Source of the DNA: a virus
Taxonomy: Duplodnaviria; Caudoviricetes
Direction: 5' to 3' (one strand)
DNA length: 64,000 nt
Virus record (IMG/VR): IMGVR_UViG_3300028797_000135
Location: 1 to 64,000 of that record
The notes under the pieces were generated by a model, which saw only the letters and a list, made by a program, of their open reading frames with translations, ran no database searches and was not told where the DNA came from. How positions within the stretch are numbered: the stretch's first letter is position 1; every line of letters begins with the position of its first letter. The translations under genes were made by a program, and so were the position numbers. This document shows, in pieces, positions 1 to 9,277 of this stretch.

Positions 1-17
1 ATAAAAGGAGATACCTT

Positions 18-227
18 ATGATTAACGCTATCGACCTATACACACACGAGCTGTTGGTTTATACCGCAGCAATAACCTCCGTTTCTTTAATTGTGCTTGT
101 CGTCCTTGTGATATTCATGTACAAGGTGTCGAAGAAACTCCATTCAATTGAATCCTCTTGGCATTCATTCCTTCTCGGGTCGCACAGGCATAAAGAAAGA
201 TATCCCGTTCACCATCATCACCATTAA
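18..227 (+). CDS. small membrane protein, His-rich C-terminus
   Basis: AGGAG RBS upstream; hydrophobic segment; followed by terminator. Confidence 0.55.
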   Translation: MINAIDLYTHELLVYTAAITSVSLIVLVVLVIFMYKVSKKLHSIESSWHSFLLGSHRHKERYPVHHHHH

Positions 228-256
228 AAAAGGCCGCCGATTAAGGCGGTCTTTTC
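226..256. terminator. bidirectional intrinsic terminator
   Basis: AAAAAGGCCGCC-gattaa-GGCGGTCTTTT hairpin between convergent genes. Confidence 0.7.
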
Positions 257-271
257 CGTTAAGGAGAGTTT

Positions 272-1534
272 TTAAACTGATGTCAGAGAGAAGATGCAAC
301 CTGGCTCAATCACAGGTTCAACCCGAATTCTAGTATCGGACAGTGCCGCTCCAATCACGTCGTCCATGTCCATGTACTTATACAGTCCAAGACGGCCAGT
401 TGGAACAAACAACGCAGGAAGATAACCAAGTATCTTCTGGTACTTTTCATTCTCGCTTGCAAGAGGATAGTATTGTTCGCACTTGCCACGCTCGTACTTC
501 ACAGGGTACTCGTAAGTAACAAGCGTCTTTTGTTCATCAAGCTGTTCATTGTTGAAGAACTTGTGTTCAATACTCCTCGTGTACGCTACTTCTGGCGAAG
601 TGTAGTTCACAACAGCATTTCCCTGCCAGTTGTCAGTAGGAAGCAGCTTCTCTTCAAACTTCAATGAACGCCAGTCAAGCCAGTAATCGTCAAACCCGTC
701 CTCGTGGACAAGTCCAGCAAGCAGTTTGCTGTAGTTCATCAAAGAGTTCAACAGGTCTGATACATCACCAGAATAGAACACCTGTGTAAACTTGTTCTTG
801 CTCACTCCATGTACACTGTGGTTGAATATATCTTCGCAGAAATCTTCACCATAGTGAATAGGATGACCTTCGAACATGTTCTCAATCCATTTGGTATATC
901 CTTCCTCGGGAATACCCTGATAGATGTCATTGAAGTAGTTGTTGTCGTATGTGAACCTTAGCGGCAGACGCTTGATTATCCACGGCTCCAACTCTGTACA
1001 CGGTTTCCCCCACTGCTTTTCAGTGTAGTGCTTAATCAGCTTTTCATACACGGTAGTTCCAACAAGGGAGATTGCCTGTTCTTCAAGGTTCCTTGGAGAT
1101 TCAAACGGGTGTTCCTTCTTATACTTGTTGATTTCGTGGTTAATAATACCTTTTACAATGCTAGGAGACACCATCTTCACGCCAAGATTCTGTTCAAACA
1201 AGCGAACAAATGTGTTCATGTTGAACGGGAGATTATAGGTCTCCGATTCCTCACTAGCCTGATTGTAATACACGGCAATCGGACTGTTCACAAAGTTGTT
1301 GAACGTAGCGAACTTGTTCGCAAACTTCCATACAACAGGGTCAGAAGTATGGAAGATATGTGCGCCATACTTGTGAACAGTGATGCCATCCATCTTTTCG
1401 GTATAGCAGTTGCCACCGAGGTGCTCACGCTTCTCGATGATAGTGATGTCAAGTGGATTAACACCGAACTCGTGAATCAAACGCTGATAGATTACAGCGT
1501 TGTAGAGACCAGCACCAACTAACAAATACTTCAT
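272..1534 (-). CDS. glf: UDP-galactopyranose mutase
   Basis: GAGLYNA FAD-binding start, GGNCY, HKYGAHIFHT, RLPLRFTYDNNYFND.YQGIP..GY, GRLG.YKY.DMD motifs. Confidence 0.93.
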   Translation of the reverse strand: MKYLLVGAGLYNAVIYQRLIHEFGVNPLDITIIEKREHLGGNCYTEKMDGITVHKYGAHIFHTSDPVVWKFANKFATFNNFVNSPIAVYYNQASEESETYNLPFNMNTFVRLFEQNLGVKMVSPSIVKGIINHEINKYKKEHPFESPRNLEEQAISLVGTTVYEKLIKHYTEKQWGKPCTELEPWIIKRLPLRFTYDNNYFNDIYQGIPEEGYTKWIENMFEGHPIHYGEDFCEDIFNHSVHGVSKNKFTQVFYSGDVSDLLNSLMNYSKLLAGLVHEDGFDDYWLDWRSLKFEEKLLPTDNWQGNAVVNYTSPEVAYTRSIEHKFFNNEQLDEQKTLVTYEYPVKYERGKCEQYYPLASENEKYQKILGYLPALFVPTGRLGLYKYMDMDDVIGAALSDTRIRVEPVIEPGCIFSLTSV

Positions 1535-2433
1535 TCTTCCGCCTCCGCATAAAGGATGGTCGGATTGTCCTTGTGGACACCCGCAGTGAACTCGCCAACC
1601 GTCATGTTGAACCCAGCGATGTCAATCTTGTCATTAACCTTGCGGTAATTCCTTTCCATGACATAGACATCTTCGTCGGTCAAGTACGGATGGTCGTCAG
1701 ATTCTTCAATTTGTTCCTCACCACGAAGGAAAGTGTTCAGCGTGGCGATGGGCAGCTTGTTCTCGACAGCCCACGTCAAGACGGCATGCATCATGCGGAA
1801 CTCTTCTGTCGGGCAAGCAACCACGCCTTCCTCGATGTAGTTAGCCGCATTGAACGGATGGACAATCAGGTGAATGCCAGTCCTTGACGGAATCTTGGCA
1901 ACAATCATGTCCTCTGGGGCAATCTTCATGTTCATCCCAGGCTTCATAATCTCGGCTTCAAAAGCCTTTACGATAGGGCTGTCAAACGTGCAATCATCCA
2001 AGTCGATAAGCCATGTGGTAGTGGCTCTCGGTTCTGAATTGACCTTTCCACAGGCCGTACTCATTGCACGGAACGGGTTACGCTGCGGGTCCTGCTGATG
2101 ATGTTCGAACTGCTTGGTATCGTTCTCCTTTGCACGGTAAATAAATTCCCTTACATAGTGCCAACCGATTGCAGCATAGTTCCTGCGGTTGAGACGGATG
2201 TATGCACGGGCGTTGAACTCGTGGCACAGCTTGATGATTTCATCACGGAGTTCTTCCAGATGACCTTCGTGGTTCAGGAGGATTTCACGGATGGTCCTGT
2301 CCCCGTTATTGTGCTTGCCCCGCACATTGTTTCCATCCTTGGCTCTGAGCAGGATTTCTAGGTAGTAGCAGTCCCCAGTCCTTTCGAACTTCAGGAGCTT
2401 GCTGATGATGTTGAAGTTGTCTATGATTTTCAT
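1531..2433 (-). CDS. hypothetical protein, possible AEP/primase-polymerase-like fold
   Basis: WLIDLDD and SRTGIHL resemble AEP DxD and SxxGxH motifs; start moved to MKIIDNF. Confidence 0.45.
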   Translation of the reverse strand: MKIIDNFNIISKLLKFERTGDCYYLEILLRAKDGNNVRGKHNNGDRTIREILLNHEGHLEELRDEIIKLCHEFNARAYIRLNRRNYAAIGWHYVREFIYRAKENDTKQFEHHQQDPQRNPFRAMSTACGKVNSEPRATTTWLIDLDDCTFDSPIVKAFEAEIMKPGMNMKIAPEDMIVAKIPSRTGIHLIVHPFNAANYIEEGVVACPTEEFRMMHAVLTWAVENKLPIATLNTFLRGEEQIEESDDHPYLTDEDVYVMERNYRKVNDKIDIAGFNMTVGEFTAGVHKDNPTILYAEAEE

Positions 2434-2783
2434 GATTGTCTTCTCACGTATTCGGTTGAAAGGTCTAAGTGATGGTCTGTTATGTTGTACCCTACAATAG
2501 GAAGAACGTCGCAAATCCTAACCTCGTCCGTGTCCCTTCTGATGTAAATGAATTTCTTTTCACTCAGGGGAATATCGGAGGGTTTCATGTAAGGACGGGG
2601 AGGAAGTATCAGGCGGAACCCCATCGGTGGGGTGCCGTCATGAACTATCTCCCTAACCCTGCTCGGGTCGTAGTTTACGTCAGGAAGAGTGATGAACTCA
2701 GGTTCAACATACTCGTCCTCTCCGTAATCGTAGTCCTCGGCAAGGTCTGTACAGTCTTCCTCGAATACAATTAAGGATTCCAT
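2430..2783 (-). CDS. hypothetical protein (acidic N-terminus)
   Basis: ORF tightly packed in minus-strand operon. Confidence 0.55.
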   Translation of the reverse strand: MESLIVFEEDCTDLAEDYDYGEDEYVEPEFITLPDVNYDPSRVREIVHDGTPPMGFRLILPPRPYMKPSDIPLSEKKFIYIRRDTDEVRICDVLPIVGYNITDHHLDLSTEYVRRQS

Positions 2784-3070
2784 TGGCGGATTTCCTGCAT
2801 TTTCGGTTCATTAGGAGGCGGAGGCACAACGGTTCCATCCTTTGCTGCGTCATTGCTATTCGTGTACAGCGTGTGGGTTGCAAAGTCGTACCGAACATGG
2901 CTGACAGCATGCTTTGCAAAGCGGATTGTAAGCGTGGTGTCGGGGAACTGGTATGTACCGATGTAACCGTTTTCAGTCTTTACGCTACCAGTACGGACAC
3001 CGTACTTGACATCCCCTTCACTGGCAAAGGCGAGAATTGCAGCAAAAATGATTGCGAAAACCGTTTTCAT
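2771..3070 (-). CDS. secreted hypothetical protein
   Basis: signal peptide MKTVFAIIFAAILAFA. Confidence 0.6.
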   Translation of the reverse strand: MKTVFAIIFAAILAFASEGDVKYGVRTGSVKTENGYIGTYQFPDTTLTIRFAKHAVSHVRYDFATHTLYTNSNDAAKDGTVVPPPPNEPKMQEIRQWNP

Positions 3071-3246
3071 TATGCCCCCTTCTTGGAACGGGCATCGTGC
3101 CTTTCCTTAGCCATCTTTGCCAAACCCTTGTTCAGCTTCTTCATGGAGCTTTCCATGCGGCCAATGTTTACACCAGCCTTCTTTTCACGGAAAGTCTGGG
3201 TCGGGGTGAACTTGCCTGTGGTCTTGATATCGTAAATGCTTTTCAT
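3070..3246 (-). CDS. small basic hypothetical protein (58 aa)
   Basis: MKSIYDIKTTG…; AGAGG RBS; stop overlaps next start; below ORF-track cutoff. Confidence 0.5.
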   Translation of the reverse strand: MKSIYDIKTTGKFTPTQTFREKKAGVNIGRMESSMKKLNKGLAKMAKERHDARSKKGA

Positions 3247-3296
3247 AATATCCTCTATTTGATAACTATTTCGTCGTCAAATATAGTATATTTTTT

Positions 3297-3719
3297 CTAC
3301 TTTGCAAGAGGGTCTACGACCTGTTTTTGTAAGATTGCGGCAGCCTCTTCTGGTGTAATCACCCTTAGGGCAGGACCGCTAACCTTTTCCATTTCGTTCA
3401 CCCGTCTCGGACTATTCCTAAATGTCTGCATCGTCCACGGGTTATGGCCTACCGTCTTGAACTCTTCCTTCACTTTCTGAAGCACTTCCCAAAGCATAGG
3501 ATAGGACGTACGGTATAGAACCCTTCTGTCTACCACGACCGTGTAGTGAACAACCACCCTATCGTAAAGAGGTTCCAGTCGGACATCCATCACTTTAAGG
3601 CCATGTTCATACATATCCATAATCCCTTCCTTAACGGCGATGTATTCAGAAACCGCATCGAGGGTGTTATATTGATTGAACAGTTCAGTCCTCAATGAAT
3701 TGACAAACGCTTCGTCCAT
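3297..3719 (-). CDS. hypothetical protein
   Basis: GGAGG RBS; operon packing. Confidence 0.6.
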   Translation of the reverse strand: MDEAFVNSLRTELFNQYNTLDAVSEYIAVKEGIMDMYEHGLKVMDVRLEPLYDRVVVHYTVVVDRRVLYRTSYPMLWEVLQKVKEEFKTVGHNPWTMQTFRNSPRRVNEMEKVSGPALRVITPEEAAAILQKQVVDPLAK

Positions 3720-3721
3720 AG

Positions 3722-4030
3722 TTACCTCCTAAGATAAGGAGAAACATCAGTTTCGGCAGGCTTGATGCGTTTGTCGTCATCAGCAGCAGAAGCGGCTTGC
3801 TTCTTCTTTTCACGCTCAGCCCTGTCCAGTCTATCACGCATATCCCTACGGCGATAGAACGTGCGCATGAACTCGGCACCTTCGATGAACCCCTTCATAT
3901 ACCCAGTCTGGAAACCAGACATCTCGTTAGTATCACGGAACGGCTTGTTGTCCATCTCTTTGAGAGCCATTCGTTCGGCAGCCGCTTCGATTACGGGGGT
4001 ATCGGGTGTACAGTCTACTTGGTTCAACAT
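3722..4030 (-). CDS. hypothetical protein
   Basis: AAGGAG RBS before MLNQ start. Confidence 0.55.
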   Translation of the reverse strand: MLNQVDCTPDTPVIEAAAERMALKEMDNKPFRDTNEMSGFQTGYMKGFIEGAEFMRTFYRRRDMRDRLDRAEREKKKQAASAADDDKRIKPAETDVSPYLRR

Positions 4031-4031
4031 A

Positions 4032-4313
4032 TCAATCTCCTTGAATTTCACATTCATCAAGCTTCTTGTCAAGCTTAATCTTTTGTTTTTCCTTGAACGT
4101 CCTAACACTTTCGTCGCATCGGACCTTAGTGTTGGATTCAGTCAGGCTGCACATCCTGTAATAATCGTCCATAGTAAAGCCATACTCTTTCAAGACCCTA
4201 TCACGATGTGCAGCCCATTCGGCAACAGTAACCCTTCTCGGAATAACCGAGTCGATTTCCTTCAGACACTTTTGCAGTCTGTTGTAGTATCTATCCTTTT
4301 GCGAATTTTTCAT
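4032..4313 (-). CDS. hypothetical protein
   Basis: operon packing; start MKNSQK. Confidence 0.5.
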   Translation of the reverse strand: MKNSQKDRYYNRLQKCLKEIDSVIPRRVTVAEWAAHRDRVLKEYGFTMDDYYRMCSLTESNTKVRCDESVRTFKEKQKIKLDKKLDECEIQGD

Positions 4314-4329
4314 TAAGAAACCTTCCGTG

Positions 4330-4554
4330 CTATTTGATTTTGAATCCCTTTGATTTAAACTTGTAGCCGAACGCCTTGCCATCATTGGCGCAACCAACTT
4401 CGCCCGCCATGATATACATTCGCTCCTGTATCGAATGAACTAAATCCTTCTCAACTGCTTTCACAAGCTCATCATCCGAAAGTCCGAAACTGCTGTAAGT
4501 TTCAACTTCAAGGTCTATTACCACTCGTTTCTTAATCAATATCGGTTTTGGCAT
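4330..4554 (-). CDS. hypothetical protein
   Basis: AAGGA RBS; operon packing. Confidence 0.55.
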   Translation of the reverse strand: MPKPILIKKRVVIDLEVETYSSFGLSDDELVKAVEKDLVHSIQERMYIMAGEVGCANDGKAFGYKFKSKGFKIK

Positions 4555-4566
4555 AAATAAATCCTT

Positions 4567-5094
4567 TTAGGCAAGCAGAACAAGTTCCGCCATTTCCTTA
4601 CACTTTTCATTAAGCTTGCGCTTCAACAGGAGTTCGCACACATTGCGGTACATCCTGTTCAAAGCCTTTTCACCAGGCTGGTCATACGAGTTGTAGACCA
4701 TATCGGCAAGCTTGATGAGCAGAGCGTCTTCGCTCATTTTGAGCAGCTTTTCCGTAATGTAGGCTTCCTTGCCCATTTCTTCCTTACGGATTTCATTGTT
4801 CCTGAGTTCCGTGCAGAGGTCGGCACACTTTTCGGAATGAGTTACTTTCATGATTTCAAGATAGGAGGTTTCCGTATCTTCGAGCAAGTCGTGTGCCAAG
4901 GCGGCATTAATCTGGTCGATAGTGCCACCGTGTTCCATGACGATATACGCTACGCCACGGGGATGAACAAAGTAAGGAAACCCAGAACCCTTGCGTTCCT
5001 GATGGGCATGCCGTCCCTTGCTGAAATAGTACATCCCCCTGCACTCCAACGGAAAATCCTGCGACTTGATTCTTTTGAACATCGCCTCGTACAT
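4567..5094 (-). CDS. HD-domain hydrolase, SpoT/Mesh1-like (putative small alarmone hydrolase)
   Basis: H..Q.RK.SG.PY..HP..VA, AAL.HD..EDT, IKLAD..YN motifs; no synthetase domain. Confidence 0.85.
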   Translation of the reverse strand: MYEAMFKRIKSQDFPLECRGMYYFSKGRHAHQERKGSGFPYFVHPRGVAYIVMEHGGTIDQINAALAHDLLEDTETSYLEIMKVTHSEKCADLCTELRNNEIRKEEMGKEAYITEKLLKMSEDALLIKLADMVYNSYDQPGEKALNRMYRNVCELLLKRKLNEKCKEMAELVLLA

Positions 5095-5097
5095 AGG

Positions 5098-5661
5098 CTA
5101 CTCCTTTTTATCTTGTTGTTCTTTTTGTTTGTCAACCAGAACAGCCAACTCTCTCATGATGGAGCCAGTTGTATTCCATTCCGTTCCGTTATAGATATCG
5201 CAAGCAAAACCTGCCTGACTAGATGTCCAACACTTGTCGTAAACAGTATGCCAGAACTTGTCACGCTGTTCCCAATCGGGCAAATCAAATCCGTCATCAG
5301 TCTGGTTTTCATACCAGAACTCCCTCAGCTTCACGTTCTCTTTCAAGAACTTGGCGACAGGCCTGCTCGGAAAAAATTGCAATGCGATGTAATTGATTCC
5401 ATCAACTTCTCGGGCAAACATCACGCACTGAAGCTGATAATCCCAGACGCCACCAATTTCTGGGTCCTGCGTATCCTTTTCAAGCTTCTCCATCTGTTCG
5501 GCACGGCTAAGCTTCATGATGGTAGTCCACTTTATCATGTCGGTCGGAACCCACTTGATGAACTTCTCTCGCAAGTCGTTGATGTACTGTCTAGCTTCTT
5601 GGATGTCTTTGAATTCTGCGTTTTCCTTGAACAGATACGCATGGAACACTTTCATACTCAT
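5098..5661 (-). CDS. hypothetical protein
   Basis: 187-aa ORF in operon. Confidence 0.6.
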   Translation of the reverse strand: MSMKVFHAYLFKENAEFKDIQEARQYINDLREKFIKWVPTDMIKWTTIMKLSRAEQMEKLEKDTQDPEIGGVWDYQLQCVMFAREVDGINYIALQFFPSRPVAKFLKENVKLREFWYENQTDDGFDLPDWEQRDKFWHTVYDKCWTSSQAGFACDIYNGTEWNTTGSIMRELAVLVDKQKEQQDKKE

Positions 5662-5951
5662 ACTTTTTCCTCTTTGTTTAATGAGTTTGCAATTTCAGGG
5701 AAGTCATCAAGCTTGACCACCCGTTTCGGGAACATGTAGTCAAGCAATGCTTCCGCACATTTTCGCTTGTCAGACGGTAACGAGTTCGTCACAATATCGT
5801 ATGTTGGTGCATTCTTGCCGAAGAAATGCAACGCTGTCCACTCTGCATATTCTTCAACAAAAATCTCCATCTGGTTCAGTTTCGCAACAACAATAAACGC
5901 ACACGCAACCCGATGACCAAGAAGACCTTCCAATACTTCAAGGGCAGTCAT
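5658..5951 (-). CDS. hypothetical protein
   Basis: ATGA overlap with next gene. Confidence 0.55.
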   Translation of the reverse strand: MTALEVLEGLLGHRVACAFIVVAKLNQMEIFVEEYAEWTALHFFGKNAPTYDIVTNSLPSDKRKCAEALLDYMFPKRVVKLDDFPEIANSLNKEEKV

Positions 5952-5956
5952 TGCTG

Positions 5957-6730
5957 TTAAATCTCCACGGTAAAATCGTCTGCGGACAGGTTGTGCAAGG
6001 CGTACGGATTTTCTTCATGGCTTCCATAACCAAGAGGATTCAGCATGACCTGCATATTGCCAATCATCAGCTTGTGTGCATCGTGAGTATGGCCGCATCC
6101 CCAGTATTTGATACCAGAGTAGTCATAATGGTCAATGTTGAAATAGAAATACTGGTTTTTCTTAGAACCTTGATATTTCGGGTTCGTACTGCACTGCCAC
6201 GGCGCAAAATGAGTCAATACAATATGGGGCTTGGCCGAGGTAACTATTTCAAGACGATTCATTTCGTCACTCTTTATCTTCAGGAGGTCAACATCCTTTC
6301 CCCAATATTTACCGTCAAACCAATGCATCCGCCACTCATACTGGGTGAACGTGTCCTCTACATGGAAACCCCATAGACCCATCGTTCCCCCAATAAGAAT
6401 ATCGTCAACCATCGTAAGATGCTTGTCATAACCCAAGAGGGTAGCATTGTCCAACGTACTTGCAAAGTCTGCGATACGCTTTACCTTCTCAGCAGTGCTG
6501 TCGATGTCCTTATCCCATTCTACGGTCAAGTCGTGGTTTCCGAGAACGAATACAAAACGCTTGCACGATTTGGAGATAACATTCAGGCACTCCTTGATTG
6601 TTTCGAGAGAATTTCCGAAGTCACCAGAAATCAACAGCAAGTCAGCATCCTTGCCGTACGCTTCTATTTGCTTTTGTTTTTCCTCACGAGCGGAGTCGTA
6701 ATGAATGTCTGATAGAAATTTTGCTTTCAT
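5957..6730 (-). CDS. calcineurin-like metallophosphoesterase
   Basis: SDIH, GD, GNHD, THFAP, GHTH motifs; GGAGG RBS before MKAKF. Confidence 0.88.
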   Translation of the reverse strand: MKAKFLSDIHYDSAREEKQKQIEAYGKDADLLLISGDFGNSLETIKECLNVISKSCKRFVFVLGNHDLTVEWDKDIDSTAEKVKRIADFASTLDNATLLGYDKHLTMVDDILIGGTMGLWGFHVEDTFTQYEWRMHWFDGKYWGKDVDLLKIKSDEMNRLEIVTSAKPHIVLTHFAPWQCSTNPKYQGSKKNQYFYFNIDHYDYSGIKYWGCGHTHDAHKLMIGNMQVMLNPLGYGSHEENPYALHNLSADDFTVEI

Positions 6731-6738
6731 AGAACCTC

Positions 6739-6894
6739 CTACATACGGGTCTTTTCGATGATTTTGAAGTGCTCCCAAGGACGCTTTCTGGAACGAATCT
6801 CCTTCATGCACGCCCTGTATGTACCAGTGACATGGTGGTGCGTATCATGGAAATCGTCGCCAATGAAAGCGTGAATGTCATACTGATGTTGCAT
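6739..6894 (-). CDS. small hypothetical protein
   Basis: AGGAG RBS before MQHQY; first gene after early promoter. Confidence 0.45.
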   Translation of the reverse strand: MQHQYDIHAFIGDDFHDTHHHVTGTYRACMKEIRSRKRPWEHFKIIEKTRM

Positions 6895-6935
6895 TATTTC
6901 TACTCCTGTTTGGATAAGATTGGTTGACATAGATA

Positions 6936-6964
6936 AATATAAATAATTATTTCATACTTGTCAA
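6936..6964 (-). promoter_or_regulatory. sigma70-type (early) promoter
   Basis: TTGACA-N17-TATATT. Confidence 0.75.
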
Positions 6965-7252
6965 TGGGGTTATGAATATTTTTAATTAAATCAAATGTAA
7001 ATCTTTGGTTACAAATCTACCGAAATCCCGACTCGGAATAACCCGATAAACTATATGTATGGACCATGGCAAAACAATAATGAAGATTCAGATGTTGGTC
7101 ATAGGGGCCTACATACTGAGAAAACGAGGGGAGGGCGTCGAGGAATCATCGAACGACCTAGCCCGCCGTTGGATTGACAACCATGGATTAGAGTTCAGGA
7201 AGCTATTTCAGACCGTTACCAGACATCATAAATAATTATTTATATTGACCCC

Positions 7253-7281
7253 TTGACAGGGGCATTTTAATTTTGTATATT
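7253..7281 (+). promoter_or_regulatory. sigma70-type (early) promoter
   Basis: TTGACA-N17-TATATT. Confidence 0.75.
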
Positions 7282-7312
7282 AGGGGGGTAAACATATAAA
7301 TTGAGGTACACT

Positions 7313-7864
7313 ATGCAAAATGAACCTGATATCAAAAAGACCAATATTAATGGGTCCACTGAAGTATCAAGTGGAGCCGAAGCGTCTACACAAAACAACG
7401 AACCAAAAAAGAGAGGGCGCAAAAAAGGTTACCATCACTCCGAAGCGACAAAGGCAGCCATGAGGCGGGCCCGCACAGGTGTACACCCATCAAAGGAAAC
7501 CAAGGACAAAATTTCCAAGGCCAAGGAAGGGAAGAACCAGTCTGCAACGGCTAAGTTGAAGATGAGCGACACCCGTCGTTACAACTTCCTCCGAAAGGCG
7601 CTTGAAGCAGCAAATGCTAACATGTGGCATCTTGCTGACTTGGTCGATTTCTTCAAGGAAAAGATGGACAAGAAAGAAACAATGTCCGAGTTTGCACAAA
7701 AGATTTACAGCATGGCTCAGGAAAAAATCACCGAGCTTGCCAAAATCCCGACAGACACCGCAGTTCAACATGCTGCATACACACAACTTATCACAAAAAT
7801 CAAGGAGCTTTACAATGTGCGAATCAAAGAACTCTCCGCAACAGAGCCCGTCGAATACCGATAG
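7313..7864 (+). CDS. NUMOD3-repeat DNA-binding protein (no nuclease domain seen)
   Basis: three G..HS.ETK.K(I/M)S-like repeats. Confidence 0.65.
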   Translation: MQNEPDIKKTNINGSTEVSSGAEASTQNNEPKKRGRKKGYHHSEATKAAMRRARTGVHPSKETKDKISKAKEGKNQSATAKLKMSDTRRYNFLRKALEAANANMWHLADLVDFFKEKMDKKETMSEFAQKIYSMAQEKITELAKIPTDTAVQHAAYTQLITKIKELYNVRIKELSATEPVEYR

Positions 7865-8501
7865 TCAGTACGATGACGAAAACGAAAAAGTCGTATTCGA
7901 CGAAATGGGATTTCCCAAAAGAGAACGCCCGAATTCCCTTGCCGAACTGAAACGGTTCTGCAAGGCCAGACTCGGAAAGAACGCCGAGTTCGCATATTGG
8001 GATGAACACTTCTTTCCTGCTTGTTCATACTACAAGGCATTCCTTGGCATCCTCGGAAACGGCATCCTCGCATACGACAAAGAGGAAATGATTGCACAAT
8101 GTGCGGAAGACTGCGACATGTCATACCTCCAAGCACTGGAAGCCCTGGATTACAACACGTTCTGCTGCTACATGGGCGATAAAACACCTGCCCACATCAA
8201 TCCCGTCAAGTATCCTGATGACCCCGAAGGTGAGCTGAAGGAAATTGAAGGCGAGCTTATCACCTATATTCCTGATTGTGATAACGCCCTTGTCGGATTC
8301 ATGACAGGTATCGAGGGTAACCCCGTCTGCGTGTACAACAAGAAGCTCCTCCCCGATTGCGTGAAGAACAGCAAGTACATGAGAAAGGAACTCCTGCTCG
8401 ACCCGTACGAGAAAATCCCGTTCGACAAGAAAGCGCTGAAAAAGAAGCTTGAAGCAGCCAAGGCCAAGAAAGCCAAGAAAAAAGCCAAGAAGAAACACTG
8501 A
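7815..8501 (+). CDS. hypothetical phage protein, Lys-rich tail (start uncertain)
   Basis: long ORF with phage-like codon usage. Confidence 0.55.
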   Translation: MCESKNSPQQSPSNTDSQYDDENEKVVFDEMGFPKRERPNSLAELKRFCKARLGKNAEFAYWDEHFFPACSYYKAFLGILGNGILAYDKEEMIAQCAEDCDMSYLQALEALDYNTFCCYMGDKTPAHINPVKYPDDPEGELKEIEGELITYIPDCDNALVGFMTGIEGNPVCVYNKKLLPDCVKNSKYMRKELLLDPYEKIPFDKKALKKKLEAAKAKKAKKKAKKKH

Positions 8502-8525
8502 GCTTCCTGATAAACTATAGAAGGA

Positions 8526-8936
8526 ATGTTGGATTATGAAATGACCTACGAGAAATTTTGTAATATAATGAAAAAGAGCAGACTGCTTTCCAGAGTTAAC
8601 ATCACTAACTCGGGAAGGCGCTACTCCATAATAGATGGGACCCCATCGCATCGGAATATCACCATATCCCCGTCAGACGATGATAAGATTTCCATCGCCT
8701 TCACCAACATCGACATCAGCGGATATCCGTTCAAGGCACTCCACCTGTCATTCTACGCCAATACTGTAACCGTCAACATCCCTCTTAGGGACTTGAAGAC
8801 AAGCATCGACGTAAAAGTTCTACTCTATTGGGTGATAGCGGAGTGCTTCCTCGGGTTGCCTAAACGCAGCCTGCCTAAAAGAATATGGATATGGCTGGTC
8901 AGGATGTGGCAGCACTTTCTCATCAAGTTCGCATAA
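8526..8936 (+). CDS. hypothetical protein
   Basis: preceded by ATAAACTAT motif at 8510. Confidence 0.5.
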   Translation: MLDYEMTYEKFCNIMKKSRLLSRVNITNSGRRYSIIDGTPSHRNITISPSDDDKISIAFTNIDISGYPFKALHLSFYANTVTVNIPLRDLKTSIDVKVLLYWVIAECFLGLPKRSLPKRIWIWLVRMWQHFLIKFA

Positions 8937-8956
8937 CAGTTACACGAGAGGCAAAA

Positions 8957-9277
8957 ATGATTGCGAATCCCCTATATTGGTGGAAGTATTTGACAGGACC
9001 TACGGCCAACAACGCAGAGCATTGGCGCATGTCAGACATGCGTCATGTTAAGTATGTCGGCCCAAAAAACGAATGCTATTATGTATTGACATTCAACGAT
9101 GACGATACATGCGTTCTGGATTCAAGCACGGAGAATACATACGTTTTCAATCCAGTGCATAAGCTGATTCCAATGTCAGCCCTGCTCAAAACGCTAAAAG
9201 AAGAAGGCCTCCTTGAAAACTGGAAGCCTACTTGGTTGAGTTACACTGACGACGAACTTAAACTGCTTACCGCCTAA
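8957..9277 (+). CDS. hypothetical protein
   Basis: GAGG RBS before MIANP. Confidence 0.5.
   Translation: MIANPLYWWKYLTGPTANNAEHWRMSDMRHVKYVGPKNECYYVLTFNDDDTCVLDSSTENTYVFNPVHKLIPMSALLKTLKEEGLLENWKPTWLSYTDDELKLLTA

Noticed and set aside
7313-7864. Homing endonuclease
   Set aside because: It has NUMOD3 repeats but no GIY-YIG or HNH catalytic motif.
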